Positions 22,367 to 35,600 of a stretch of DNA of 64,000 nucleotides are shown piece after piece. The notes under the pieces were generated by a model, which saw only the letters and a list, made by a program, of their open reading frames with translations, searched no databases and had not been told where the DNA came from. Each line of letters opens with the position of its first letter. The first letter of the stretch is position 1. Source of the DNA: Glycera tridactyla (lineage: Eukaryota); contig OZ286460.1 of the NCBI GenBank assembly GCA_965644265.1, positions 5,394,001 through 5,458,000 of the forward strand, given 5' to 3'. Position numbers and translations under genes: made by a program.

Positions 22367-23149
22367 TACATAAACGAGCGAAGTGAATATGCAGTACCTC
22401 ATATCGGGTGAAAGAATGCTAATGTGTGCGCCAAGATTCTAGGACATTGGACTGTATCTCGAGTACTGATGAATGTTTATCCATTTATAATTTAAATTGG
22501 CCAGTTTCCGTTGCTATTAGGGATTTTACGGAGCAGACATATCAAGCATCCCTCAAGCAATCAAGAGCCTGGAAATGTCCATGGTCATGCCATATTTTGG
22601 GCTATACCACTATCTAGTTACAGGTGATGTAGATGGCTGATCACAGTACTTGATCTGCAATAAAATGTCAGTAATTGTTCTCTCAAGGTATCAATTTCAT
22701 GAGGAATTGTCGATATCTGAAATCATTAACAGAGCTCTACATCAACTTTTTCTTTCAGTTGTTCTTCATGCAGGTGATGCCAATTTACACCTGCCATCTT
22801 CTGCGCTAACTGACCACTCACCAACCAATCTTGTGAAATTTTTAAGCAATGGGAGATGGTTAGAATGAAACTATGTTTCATGATACACCAATGGAATGTA
22901 CAGATTACATTCTGAGGAATCATCTGTGTATTCAAAGCAACTGCTCAGAACGTAATTGGAACATTTTAATGGTATATCCATAGTTTCATTCTAATCACCA
23001 ATCTCTCTTGTAGCAATTATGGTGATTGCTATAATTGCTACAATTACAGAACTTAACACTGATATCAATGAAGGCCTGTCAACCTTGAAAGCGTATTGAT
23101 GAGAGAGAAGACAAAATGAAAAGTAGGAAGGAGGGAGAGGATATGCCAC

Positions 23150-24915
23150 AGTCAATGCTGTTGCCACTCCTACAGCTGTTGCTAGTGCTGTCCCTGATGC
23201 TGTTGTTGCTGTCACTACTGCTGCTCCTGCTGCAATTACTGCTACTGCTACTGTCACTGCTACTGCTGTTACTACTGTTATTACTGCTGCTGCTGTCACT
23301 GCTACTCTCACTACTACTGCTGCTGCTGCTACTCTCACTCTGTCACTGCTGCTACTACTGCTGCTGTCACTGCTGCTGCTACTACTGTTATTACTGCTAC
23401 TACTGCTGCGGCTGTCACTGCTACTCTCACTACTACTGCTACTGCTGCTACTACTGTTATTACTGCTACTACTGTCACTGCTACTCTCACTACTACTGCT
23501 ACTGCTGCTACTACTGTTATTACTGCTACTACTGTCACTGCTACTCTCACTACTACTGCTACTGCTGCTACTACTGTTATTGCTGCTGCTGCTGTCACTG
23601 CTACTCTCACTACTACTGCTACTGCTGCTCTCACTCTGTTATTACTGCTACTACTGTCACTATTGCTGCTGCCACCGCTGCTACTGCTGCTGCTGCCACT
23701 ACTGCTGCCATCACTACTACGACTGCTGCTGTCACTGTTGCTGCTACTACTGTTATTACTGCTACTACTGCTGCGGCTGTCACTGTTGCTGCTACTACTG
23801 TTATTACTGCTACTACTGCTGTGGCTATCACTGTAGCTGCTACTACTGTTATTACTGCTACTACTGCTGCGGCTGTCACTGCTACTCTCACTACTACTGC
23901 TACTGCTGCTACTACTGTTATTACTGCTGCTGCTGTCACTGCTACTCTCACTACTACTGCTACTGCTGCTCTCACTCTTGTCGCTGCTGCTGCTGCCACT
24001 ACTGTGATTACTGCTACTACTGCTGCTGCTGTCACTGCTACTCTCACTACTACTGCTACTGCTGCTCTCACTCTTGTCGCTGCTGCTGCCACTACTGTCA
24101 CTACTACGACTGCTGCTGTCACTGTTGCTGCTACTACTGTTATTACTGCTACTACTGTCACTATTGCTGCTGCCACCGCTGCTACTGCTGCTGCTGCTGC
24201 TACTCTCACTCTTTGTCACTGCTGCTACTACTGCTGCCGTCACTACTACTGCTGCTGCTGTCACTGCTACTACTGCTGCTGCCGCCACTGCTACTACTGC
24301 TACTACTGTCACTACTACTGCTGCTGCTGTCACTGCTACTGCTGCTACTGCTACTACTACTGCTTCTGCTGTCGCTAGTACTGTCTGATGCTGCTGCTGT
24401 TCTTGATATTGTTGTTACTGTCACTACTACTTCTGCAACTTCGTGAGTGCTACTGCTCTTGCTGTCACTACTGCTGCTGTTGCTGTCACTGCGACTGCTA
24501 ATTTCACTGCTGCTGCTACTACTGCNNNNNNNNNNNNNNNNNNNNNNNNNNNNNNNNNNNNNNNNNNNNNNNNNNNNNNNNNNNNNNNNNNNNNNNNNNN
24601 NNNNNNNNNNNNNNNNNNNNNNNNNNNNNNNNNNNNNNNNNNNNNNNNNNNNNNNNNNNNNNNNNNNGATGTCACTACCACTGCAGCTGTTGCTGCTTCT
24701 GCTACTGTCCCTGCCACTGCTGCTGCTGCTGCCAATACTACTGCTGTAGCTGTAACTACTGCTACTGCTGCAGCCACTATGACTATTGCTGTTTCTGCTG
24801 CTGCTATTACCACTGCCACTGCTGTTGCTGCTGCTGTAACTACTGCTGCTGGTGCTGCTGTTGCTGGTGCTGCTGTAAATACTGTTGCTACTGCTACCAC
24901 TACAACTGCCTCATT
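23150..24915. repeat. Compound triplet-phase repeat (CTG/CTA/GTC/GTT units with higher-order 30-60 bp periodicity), interrupted by an N gap
   Basis: Almost entirely GCT/ACT/GTC/GTT/ATT triplets. It produces stop-free Thr/Ala, Cys/Tyr, Leu and Ser frames on both strands. Confidence 0.9.
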
Positions 24916-25146
24916 GCCGATTCCAGAGTACAGGTGCAGAGCTAGTGGCAGTAGAATGCTACAGTAGAGTCAGGATGCTATCATTGTCTTGTGTATGGCT
25001 CAGATGACGAAACATTCAATGGTTGCTAAGCACCCTAGAATTGAATGTTATCAGCTTACTTCACATCTCTCCTTATAGAATGCTGAATAAGCAATCATGT
25101 CAATCATTTTAGCATCACATGTTACTTGTGTGCTTTGGCCTACCTG

Positions 25147-25192
<46 letters not shown>

Positions 25193-26214
25193 CTGTGTTT
25201 GTATGCANNNNNNNNNNNNNNNNNNNNNNNNNNNNNNNNNNNNNNNNNNNNNNNNNNNNNNNNNNNNNNNNNNNNNNNNNNNNNNNNNNNNNNNNNNNNN
25301 NNNNNNNNNNNNNNNNNNNNNNNNNNNNNNNNNNNNNNNNNNNNNNNNNNNNNNNNNNNNNNNNNNNNNNNNNNNNNNNNNNNNNNNNNNNNNNNNNNNN
25401 NNNNNNNNNNNNNNNNNNNNNNNNNNNNNNNNCTGTCTGTGCGTGTGTGTTTCCATGTCTCCCACAAATTTTTGCCATCGTTCACGTTCACGGAAAGTGG
25501 AAAGGGAAGGTGGGGATGCTCACGGTGCTGTCAGCGAACAATGGTAGCTTTGTAGTCATGGTGACAGCTGACAAATACACCTGCATCCTGTATAAAGGAA
25601 CACACAAACACACACACACACACACGCGCCTGCATGCACGCACGCATACTATACATACACATTTTTCCGTCGGAGACGGTACTATTTTCACTTTGGGATT
25701 CCCCCTCAATCTAGACATTACTATCGTCCATTTTACCGGGTGATCCGCCGTGATTTGACCATATTGAACACACATCTTCTGTGGGCTACCATTTGTAAAC
25801 GATCGCTTTGTAATCATCAGAATTGAAACGAAACTGCTTGAAAAAGGTGTGAAATGTGTGAGAAACAGTAATTTTCGTGTGAAACATTGCTAAATCTGGG
25901 TATAGCACATTACTAACCGTGTGAGAACGTTTGATACGAAAAATATCTTCTAAGAAGCGACACTTGTCGGAGAAAGAGAGCGTCACTACTGGGGAACCCC
26001 TCCGTGACGTCATGATAGCGTTTGCCGAAGATTGCCGAACCATATCCAAATGAGCCGAGCACGAGCCGAACGATCCTGAACACTTGCCGAGCATTGCCGA
26101 ATCGATTGTTCACGAGTTCTTTGGCAGTCCAGTTACCACGGATTCACGCAATCTATACATGACACAGCAAAGTGACAGGTGACAATCGCCTTCCCCGGAA
26201 CCCTCGATCACCGG

Positions 26215-26272
<58 letters not shown>
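25147..26272. repeat. Microsatellite cluster: (GT)n 25147-25190, (CA)n about 25603-25625 and (CT)n 26218-26272; others include (CA)n 26656-26717, 42165-42233 and 53325-53374
   Basis: Direct reading; several of these tracts flank assembly gaps. Confidence 0.95.
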
Positions 26273-26276
<4 letters not shown>

Positions 26277-26654
26277 CATAATGTGNNNNNNNNNNNNNNN
26301 NNNNNNNNNNNNNNNNNNNNNNNNNNNNNNNNNNNNNNNNNNNNNNNNNNNNNNNNNNNNNNNNNNNNNNNNNNNNNNNNNNNNNNNNNNNNNNNNNNNN
26401 NNNNNNNNNNNNNNNNNNNNNNNNNNNNNNNNNNNNNNNNNNNNNNNNNNNNNNNNNNNNNNNNNNNNNNNNNNNNNNNNNNNNNNNNNNNNNNNNNNNN
26501 NNNNNNCTCTCCACTGTAAATCGACGACCATTCTTCTTTTTGAAGAAATTTCTTGTTTCGATTAATTTCATGTCAGTGACATGATGCATGGACAACAGGT
26601 CCATGAAATGTGTCAAATACCCAAGCCCAATTTTTGGGTTTCATACAGGGTTTG

Positions 26655-26720
<66 letters not shown>

Positions 26721-26739
26721 TGCTACACACACACTACAC

Positions 26740-28086
26740 ACCATTATTCACAAAGGTGGCCCTGATTTGAGCATTAGCAATTTTCGCCCAATTACTATCT
26801 TACCAGTATTAGGGAAAGTTTTAGAGAAGGCTGCTCATATCCAGACCTATGCCTACCTGACAAGAAATAAAATCCTGTCGGACGCCCAATTTGGATTCAG
26901 GGAGGGATACTCCACTGGGACGTGCCTCACCAGCTTCTTGGAGAATATTTACCGTGAGGCTGATCGGGCACGCCCCACTGGGGTTCTCTTCCTGGATCTG
27001 AAAAAGGCGTTCGACACAGTTGACCATGCCCGCCTTTTAGAAAGGTTGCGTGAGGTGGGGTTCCGCAACAGTGCAGTCTCATGGTTTGCCTCATACCTTT
27101 CCGATCAGTCGCAGTCAAGTAAATTTGAAAATGTAATCTCTGGCAAATGTGAGGTAACATGTGGAGTGCCCCAAGGGTCAATCTTGGGGCCTCTTTTGTT
27201 CACATTATACATTAACGACCTACCAACTATTCTTGACAACACAAGGGCCTTTCTTTATGCTGACGACACTGCCATATGCGCCAATGCTGACAGTGAGGAG
27301 GATTTGCTTCATAAGTTGCAGTCTGACTTAGATACTGTTGCTAAATGGTTCAGCTACATGAAGCTTTCTTTAAATATCGACAAATCATCTCTGATGATTT
27401 TTGGAACGCGTCAGCAGACACAACGAATTAATATCCGGCAACTGAACTTTGGTGGCAAAAGTATCAGTCGAGTTGACCACTATAAATATCTTGGTATTCT
27501 TCTAGACGGAAACTTGTGTTTTAACAAACATGCAGACTACTTGACAAGGAAAGTAACCCACCGCCTATCTGCCCTGGCGCATCTACGACCATACATTTCT
27601 CGGCAACGTGCCCTCTTCATTTATCATTCCCTAATCCAGTCCATGTTGTGTTACAATGATCATGTCTATGGCAGCATGTCAGCCAAGTCTAAGCATAAAC
27701 TACAAATGTTGCAAAATCGGTGTCTCCGGGTGGTGAGGAGCAACCCAAACGGTTACTCTGCTAGTGAGTGTCACACAACCCTGAACGTCCCATACTTAGA
27801 GACGCTAAGGAAGCGTCATCTACTTAGTGAAACATACAAGATCATGAATGACATAGGGGGAGGGCACGCTGTGCATAACCTAATTTTGCGGTCTAGTGTA
27901 TCGACAAGAGTGACTAGGCAGACAGTGAGATGTGACCTGGAGATCACCCGGACACGTACCCAATTTGCATCGGGCTGCGTCCTGTCCAGAGGTGCTGCCC
28001 TCTGGAACTCGTGTCCAGTAGCACTACGCAACTGCCAATCACTTCCAGCATTTAAGACAGGCCTTAAGAGATCATTCCCTATGTAA
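26740..28086 (+). pseudogene. 5'-truncated LINE RT domain (CR1/L2/Crack group), frame still open for about 445 codons
   Basis: IHKGGPDLSISNFRPITILP, QFGFR, FLDLKKAFDTVDH, GVPQGSILGPLLF, YADD, KYLG and a C-terminal LWNS. It begins immediately after a (CA)n tract and has no endonuclease. It is the same clade as 4271-7189 but a clearly different sequence. Confidence 0.9.
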
Positions 28087-28194
28087 GGTTTCCTGTTCTT
28101 TAGAGTCTAGTGCTGGGGACATTTTTGTATATAGTAGATATGACAGGCGACTTTGGGACGATGTGAGATACGTCCTCTTCTTACTCTTCTTCCT

Positions 28195-30086
28195 AACAAG
28201 AGCACCGCAAAGCGGGGCATAATACGCCATCGCCGCAATTAGTGAGGCAGACTTTTTTCATCTGGAATGGGATTTGACCTTTATTGCCGTGACTAGTGAC
28301 ACAGACTGTTTTCATCCAGAAATTGTCTGCAATAGGATTTTATCTTTTTGCACTCAGTGACCGGGATCAAAGGTTACGACTGCGAAATCAATAGGCATCT
28401 TCCTAGACCCAAGGTGAATGGATTTACTAAGTTTCAAATCAATAGCTATGAGGCTGATATGGATAGGGCTCTTTCCTAACCCAGGTGAATACATGAACAG
28501 TTCGAAATCGATAACTTTCAAACTATTTTGAGGTTATCATGCAGATATTGTCTGGATATGCGATTTGACATTTTTGCACTTTGTGACCTTGAAATTCAAG
28601 GTCGCAAACCCACAATAAAAGCTTCCTCCCAGACCCAAGGTGATCAGGTATACCAAGTGGCAAATCAATAGCTCTAAAACTTTTTGAGTTATCGTCCGGA
28701 AATGGTCCGGACCAGAGATTTGACCTTTTTGCACTCAGCGACCTTGAAAATCAAGGTCGCAACCCCACAATCGAAAGGCTTCCTCCCAGACCCAAGGTGA
28801 TTAGGTATACCAAGTGGCAAATCAATAGCTCTAAAACTTTTTGAGTTATCATCCGGAAATGGTCCGGACCAGAGATTTGACCTTTTTGCACTCAGCGACC
28901 TTGAAAATCAAGGTCGTGAGCTCACAATCGAAAGGCTTCCTCCCAGACCCAAGGTGATTAGGTATACCAAGTGGCAATCAATAGCTTTAAAACTTTTTGA
29001 GTTATCGTGCGAAAATGGTCCGGACCAGAGATTTGACCTTTTTGCACTCAGCGACCTTGAAAATCAAGGTCGCAACCCCACAATCGAAAGGCTTCTTCCC
29101 AAACCCAAGGTGATCAGGTATACCAAGTGGCAAATCAATAGCTGTAAAACTTTTGGAGTTATCGTCCGGAAATGGTCCGGACCAGAGATTTGACCTTTTT
29201 GCACTCAGCGACCTTAAAAATCAAGGCCGCAACCCCACAATAGAAAAGCTTTCTCCCAGACCCAAGGTGATCAGGTATACCAAGTGGCAAATCAATAGCT
29301 CTAAGACTTTTTGAGTTATCGTCCGGAAATGGTCAGGACCAGAGATTTGACCTTTTTGCACTCAGCGACCTTGAAAATCAAGGTCGCAACCCCAAAATCG
29401 AAAGGCTTCCTCCCAGACCCAAGGTGATTAGGTATACCAAGTGGCAAATCAATAGCTCTGAAACTTTTTGAGTTATCGTCCGGAAATGGTCCGGACCAGA
29501 GATTTGACCTTTTTTCCACTCAGCGACCTTGAAAATCAAGGTCGCAACCCCACGATCAAAAGGCTTCCTCCCAGACCCAAGGTGATTAGGTATACCAAGT
29601 GGCAAATCAATAGCTCTAAAACTTTTTGAGTTATCGTCCGGAAATGGTCCGGACCAGAGATTTGACCTATTTGCACTCAGCGACCTTGAAAATCAAGGTC
29701 GTGAGCTCACAATCGAAAGGCTTCCTCCCAGACCCAAGGTGATTAGGTATACCAAGTGGCGAATCGATAGCTCTAAAACTTTTTGAGTTATCGTCCGGAA
29801 ATGGTCCGGACCAGAGATTTGACCTTTTTGCACTCAGCGACCTTGAAAATGAAGGTCGCAACCCCACAATCGAAAGGCTTCTTCCCAGACCCAAGGTGAT
29901 TAGGTATACCAAGTTGCAAATCAATAGCTTCAAAACTTTTTGAGTTATCGTCCGGAAATGGTCCTCCGGACGGACAGACGCACAGACGGACAGACGCACA
30001 GACGCACAGACGGACAGACGGACAGACGGACAGACGCACAGACGGACGGACAGCGCCATAACATAATACGCCCGATGGCGTATAAT
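28195..30086 (-). mobile_element. Helentron-associated HINE with internal 157 bp tandem array
   Basis: One end reads AACAAGAGCA-CCGC-AAA-GCGG-GGCATAATACGCC (hairpin plus subterminal repeat). The other end has a (GACA/GACG)n microsatellite (29965-30053) and CATAATACGCC-CGAT-GGCGTATAAT. This is the DINE-1/HINE layout when read on the minus strand. Confidence 0.8.
28534..29960. repeat. 157 bp tandem repeat: eight homogeneous units plus degenerate upstream units
   Basis: The ATC of the GAGTTATC anchor recurs at 28691, 28848, 29004, 29161, 29318, 29475, 29633, 29790 and 29947 (spacing 156-158). Confidence 0.95.
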
Positions 30087-32595
30087 AATCTATCAGCCAT
30101 TTATAACCATAAGAATGGCTAATATAGTAATCATGCTGATTGTTGTTGTGTAGTCCCTAAGGCACATTTTCAAATTTGTCATTCCTGTTTAGCAACGCTT
30201 CGCTCATCACATACCATTTTTTTCCGTCCATCACACTTCATTATTCATCGAGTCATCACAGAAATTTGTATATTTGTTTATATGATCTTGTTTGTGTTCC
30301 TGTTCTACTGCCCCACTGTCATTTATTGCACTCATGTTTCTTGCTTATCATTGTCCGCGTTAGCATGTTACACGACATTGTTTTTTGTCCATGCTTATGT
30401 GTAAATAAAAACGTTTCAAACAAAAACACACACACACAAGTTAGGACAAAGTCAGACAACTCATGGATCGCCATTGCCACAATTTGCCAGTAATATGTTT
30501 CTGAAGGGAAGAAGGTACACGGCCCTCTGTCAACTCATTCATCATAACCTGCATTCACAGAGACTGAAATAGTCGGACAAGACTGATACAGTGAAACCTG
30601 CAATGAGATACCCACTAAGAGCACTTTTACAGGGCAGTCTTATAATGGACAATGTTGGTGAACAAGCATTTTTGCTGGCTTCATGGTGTGTGTATGTTGG
30701 TGTACATGTGCAAGGCTCTATATCGGCTCTATTTAGGAGCTGGCTGGCCCCTACGTTGATATCTCTGGTAGCCAGTGCCAAACATTGGTAGCCAGTCATA
30801 ACATTGTCAATTACAACCTCTCAAAATTTTTGGGGCGGATGGCTCCTAAATTTCAAAACATACTTGTTGAAAGGTAAATTTATTAGCAATTGGCAACCTA
30901 CAAGTAGCAATGTAGAACCTTGATGCATGCACACGTGCCAGTGTGCATGTGTGTGTGTTTGTGCATGTGTGTGCATGCATGGCGGTGTGCATGTGTGAGT
31001 GTGTGTGCCTGCATGCATGCCGGTGTGCGTGCGAGCATGCAGATCTATAGCAATGCTGGAATGATATCCAAAAGTTTTGAGTCACTTCTAAATTCCGTTC
31101 ATCCATACAAAATCTATTCAAATAGTCTGGACATACCTGCATATAGCTGAACTATGGACTAACATCAGAACCATGCAGAAAATGTGATCATGACACTTTC
31201 ACTATCAAATTACACAAAGCATGATACATTAGCCATGATTTATGCAGGTGTATGATCGCAAATCAATATGCACTCCGGGTAGTTTCTGCTTCAGTGGAAC
31301 CCGTCCAACAAAACAGATACCTGTACATGGCATCGACTAGAGGTGGACCGTTTTCTGGACTGTTAGGATATCTAGACAACGTATCCAACATATCTCAGAT
31401 CAAGTTATACTCTTCCTCCTAGATTCTATCCCATTTTCCCCATTTCATCCCAAAATCATGATATCATCAAACTTGACTGATCAGTCAATCAATCAATGAG
31501 ATGCAGAGAGAACATGGTGAATTCGGCCGAGGTTTGAAAGTGTTGATCTAAAAATAGAGAACACCCGATATGCTGAGACAGATCTATGTAGGTGGGGTAG
31601 GTTTATTGATCAGAGGCAAATGGACATGCGACCCCACCCGCTTCCACCCAATATTCCTGGATAAACTGCAATCAAGACTTTATGTTGCTACCTGGGGGTA
31701 GTCAAATGCCACCCAAATATCAACTTTGGCTACTGAAAATTCAAACTTAGGAGCCAACTGGATCCTGAGATCTCACAGATTTCCATATTATTACCACTTA
31801 TTGGCTACAATTTTTTCTATAATTTTTTTCTATGTCATTTATTTTATTTCTGACAGGGGCCGGTTGGTCCGGTCCATATCCTGAACATCCTGGCCAAGGT
31901 TTGGCCCAATCAAGTGATGTTTGTTTGTCTGGTTGGTTATGTGTTGGGCTTCCTCACAACCTGGCTGGAATATATCGGGCTGAAACTGCTGGAGAAAGGT
32001 GGTGCCGAAAGAGGTTGTTTTTATGTGCATACAGGAATACACTCTCATTCACAGGCGCAGACTCTGATATCCCAGTCAGCATGCACTGGGTTCAATAACT
32101 CTAACGGGAAAGAGGCATGTCCACTAACATGCATAAGAATGCCAGCCCTACCATTCCAAATTTATTCTGAGATGGATCTTCCATGCATATGGTACTAAAG
32201 TTAGTTCAATATATATTCGGTCACCTGTTTTTAGCAAATTTAACATGCAACTAATAGAAACTTTCATATACCTGAGTTAGATACAGTTGTACCTGCTCAA
32301 GAGACCACCTCCCCACAGAGGCCACCTGCCAACAAGGATACCCTGAACTGTGAACATAATGGTATTTTCTAGAGTAAATGACCTCTCTACAAAGGTCACC
32401 TGCCGATAAAGGCTACTCTTTCATGAGACTCAAGGTGGTCTTTTACAATGGTTTGACCCTAGCGTCACATTTCATACTTGATGAAGATTAGGGGTGAACT
32501 CATAAAGATTTAAATGAATTTGCATCTGTATACATCATCATGATGTTATAATCAAAACCAAGACACTATCCACTAACAGGTGATCATGATTATCG

Positions 32596-32687
32596 CATCA
32601 TTAACATTTGACCTTGATTAGGACATCATTAACATTTGACCTTGACTATGACATCATTAACATTTGACCTTGATTATGACATCATTA
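32596..32687. repeat. 28 bp tandem repeat, about 3.3 copies
   Basis: CATCATTAACATTTGACCTTGAYTAKGA units start at 32596, 32624, 32652 and 32680 (partial). Confidence 0.9.
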
Positions 32688-35600
32688 TGCACCTTGCAGA
32701 GTCAGCATGGGCACACAAATTCCACAGAAATTACAAATTATAAACTGCCCGATGATGCATCCTCAGTTTGGCGATCTCTGCCAGCATAACTGCCAATCAG
32801 CAATTATTGCTAATCTATATGTAGGTCAATGATAATTGTGAAATGTACCAGCATCATCAGTCCCGAAAAAGCATTGAGGAAAAGATAGGTCACAAAAATG
32901 AGAGATCTGATTATATAAAGCATTTCATTCCTGCAACTACCGTGAAACCTGCAATTGGTGACCAGAGGTGGTTTCCCATGCAGGGTCTCTTCTCGCAAAT
33001 TTCACTGCAATTCTGAATGCAAAACCCGGGAGAGTCTGTATACACTAAGTTTGAGAGGGCTAGCCCACAAACTTTTCTGGTTGATGTCCGGAGACTGTTT
33101 TGACCTTTTTGCACTTAGTGATCCTGAAATTCAAGATGGCAACCCCAACTCAATACCATCATTCAATCAATCAATCAATAAGCTGAGGCAGAGATGGAGA
33201 GGTCATCAGCGAGATACCAGGCTGTGGTTTCACCCATTTAAAACTCATACCCCAGAAGAAGCAAGACCCAGCCAAGATTGAAATAATCTTGACTCTTGTC
33301 TAACTCTGAACCACAGCCTATCAACAGCTAATGGATCCCAATGGATGCACAGTCCTTCCTGAAATAAGTGGAGAAACAAGTACAATGGAACATGTATTCC
33401 GCAACCACCCTCGGGAAGCCAAAAAGTGGTTGCGGAATACAGTTGGTTGCTTGATACATGTGAATTATAGTGAAAAACTGGCTGCCTCAGACAAGTGATT
33501 GCTGAATACAGGTTCTACTGTATGATATAGAGGGAGAACAACCTCAGAGACTTGGTGGGTCCGTAAGTCTGGCCACGGTGGGTCCATAAGGCTGGCCACC
33601 TGCTCGCATGCGTGCAATCAGTGCGCTCCAAGGTAACACCTTGCACAATCAATACAAATGCAATTTCTGGCTGCCTGGATTCGGTGGGGCTCAAAATGCC
33701 ACTTTTCTTCATTACACATGAATCGGAGCAGAGTTTCATCACCCATCCAATGCATCACAGCGCTTTATTCAAGTACAAATCAGGAAGCTATCGCACTAAA
33801 GCATGTCCGTATTTTGCTCAAGACATTTCCGGCATTAATCACTGCATTAATGACAGTGCTCAGCAGGTGGCAGTTTCACAAATAAAAGATTCGATGACGA
33901 TGGCATAAGAAAATTTGTAAGTGAATTCTCCAACAAAATGAGTCCATTTTTGGATCAAATGTATACGCAGAACTTGTGTTCACAACTTGCAAACGTCGAT
34001 CAACTCCTGAACGCACCTTCCCAATGTTCTGCTAGTTGATATTGCTGACAAATTTGAGTCATTTGATCTCGGGCATTTATATCCAAGTACTAAACTCAAC
34101 CCGCCAGACAGATATAATCATCCTCTGACGAGCAGAAATAGTGATACTGCTAATTTCTGAAAGTGATAGTTTCCATATCTGTACTTCATTATCAAAAAGG
34201 ATGGAAATTTCCTAAATGTCACGTTGATCATGATTAGTTAACCCTATAGCCCTTAAAGCGGGAGAAAACGGGATTGGAGTTGTCAAACTGCCGGTATTTT
34301 GTAAACAAACACTCGTCCCGGGAGAAATACTGTTCGTACGCGAAAAATACGATATCCTATCAAGAGCTGGGAAGTTACTTGTCATTCTGGTATAAATATC
34401 ATGATATAAAGTCCATTATTGAGAGAGGATTAGGCCAAAATAAAGCGAGATTACAGGGAAAACATCGCGGAACGGCGCCATTTTGTGTCCGATGATGATT
34501 TGACAGCTCTCACTAAGATCGCTCAGAAGTGTCGAAAAAAACGTTTTTAGATCAATAAATACCTGATGGGGTGAAAGCCTGGAGTCCCACAAATGTGGGG
34601 ATGTGTTTATTGTGGCATAGTATGCCATATTTCCCAAGATATGATCAAGTGATCATGGAGCTGTCAGCCACTATCATGCGTGATCGCTGACAAGCGCCAG
34701 ATACGGGAGCCGGAAGTGGCTTTGTTTACATGATGTCTAAGTAGATTTCCCGCCAAAATCAACGTTACCACGTGTTTCCAAACCCACTAGAAACTCTTAT
34801 CTATCAGTTTTAGATACATATGGATCGTTATGCTGCCCAAAAAATAGATAAGGGTAGGTTTCATGAATGCCCAATTAAAAGAAATCATAACAAGAACTGA
34901 ATAGTGTGTGGAGTTCGAGTTGTCGAAGGAGCTGGAGTAAGGATCCAGGCTGTTCAGTACAGGGAACAAAAAAACGTTTTTTTTTTTCATTTCGAGTGTG
35001 TCAAACAAATGGGAACACCATTTGACGCATTTGAGGAACACTATCATGATTGACATTGCAGATGAATATCATTTTGTTATGGAATGAGCCTTACCAAGAC
35101 ATCTCTGCCTCGAATTACAAAACACATTTCCATGTATTTTGCTACACAGTTAAAACTCTTATCTGTCTATTCAAGACACATTTGGATCATTATTCTGCCC
35201 TAAGAATAGCTTGGAGTAGATTTTATGGATGTGCAATTCGAGAGAGGACATACGAAAATAAGAACTGAATAGTGTTTAGAGTTCAAGTTGTCAAAGGATC
35301 TCAAGTGAGGATGCAGGCTGATCAGTTTGGGGAACACTTGGGGAATACTTTAATGGGTTGAAAGCCAACAGTCTCAGGCATTAGTAGATGTATCTATTGA
35401 GAGAAAATGTCATAATTCCACTCTATTGATGACATAATCATGGAGCTGTCAGCTTTGACGCAGTGCCAGAATAAGAGATCAGAAGTGGCCTTGATGACAT
35501 GATGTGAAGATGGAGGAAAGACAGGCCGAAGTTGCTTGTCACTCCGGTATAGATATCATGACATATTTTTTGTTATTGTGCGAGGATAAAGTGATATATT

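Noticed and set aside
23116-24446. Long Cys/Tyr-rich, poly-Leu and poly-Ser ORFs (metallothionein-, keratin-associated- or mucin-like)
   Set aside because: They are alternative frames of one triplet repeat that lacks stop codons, with no independent coding signal.
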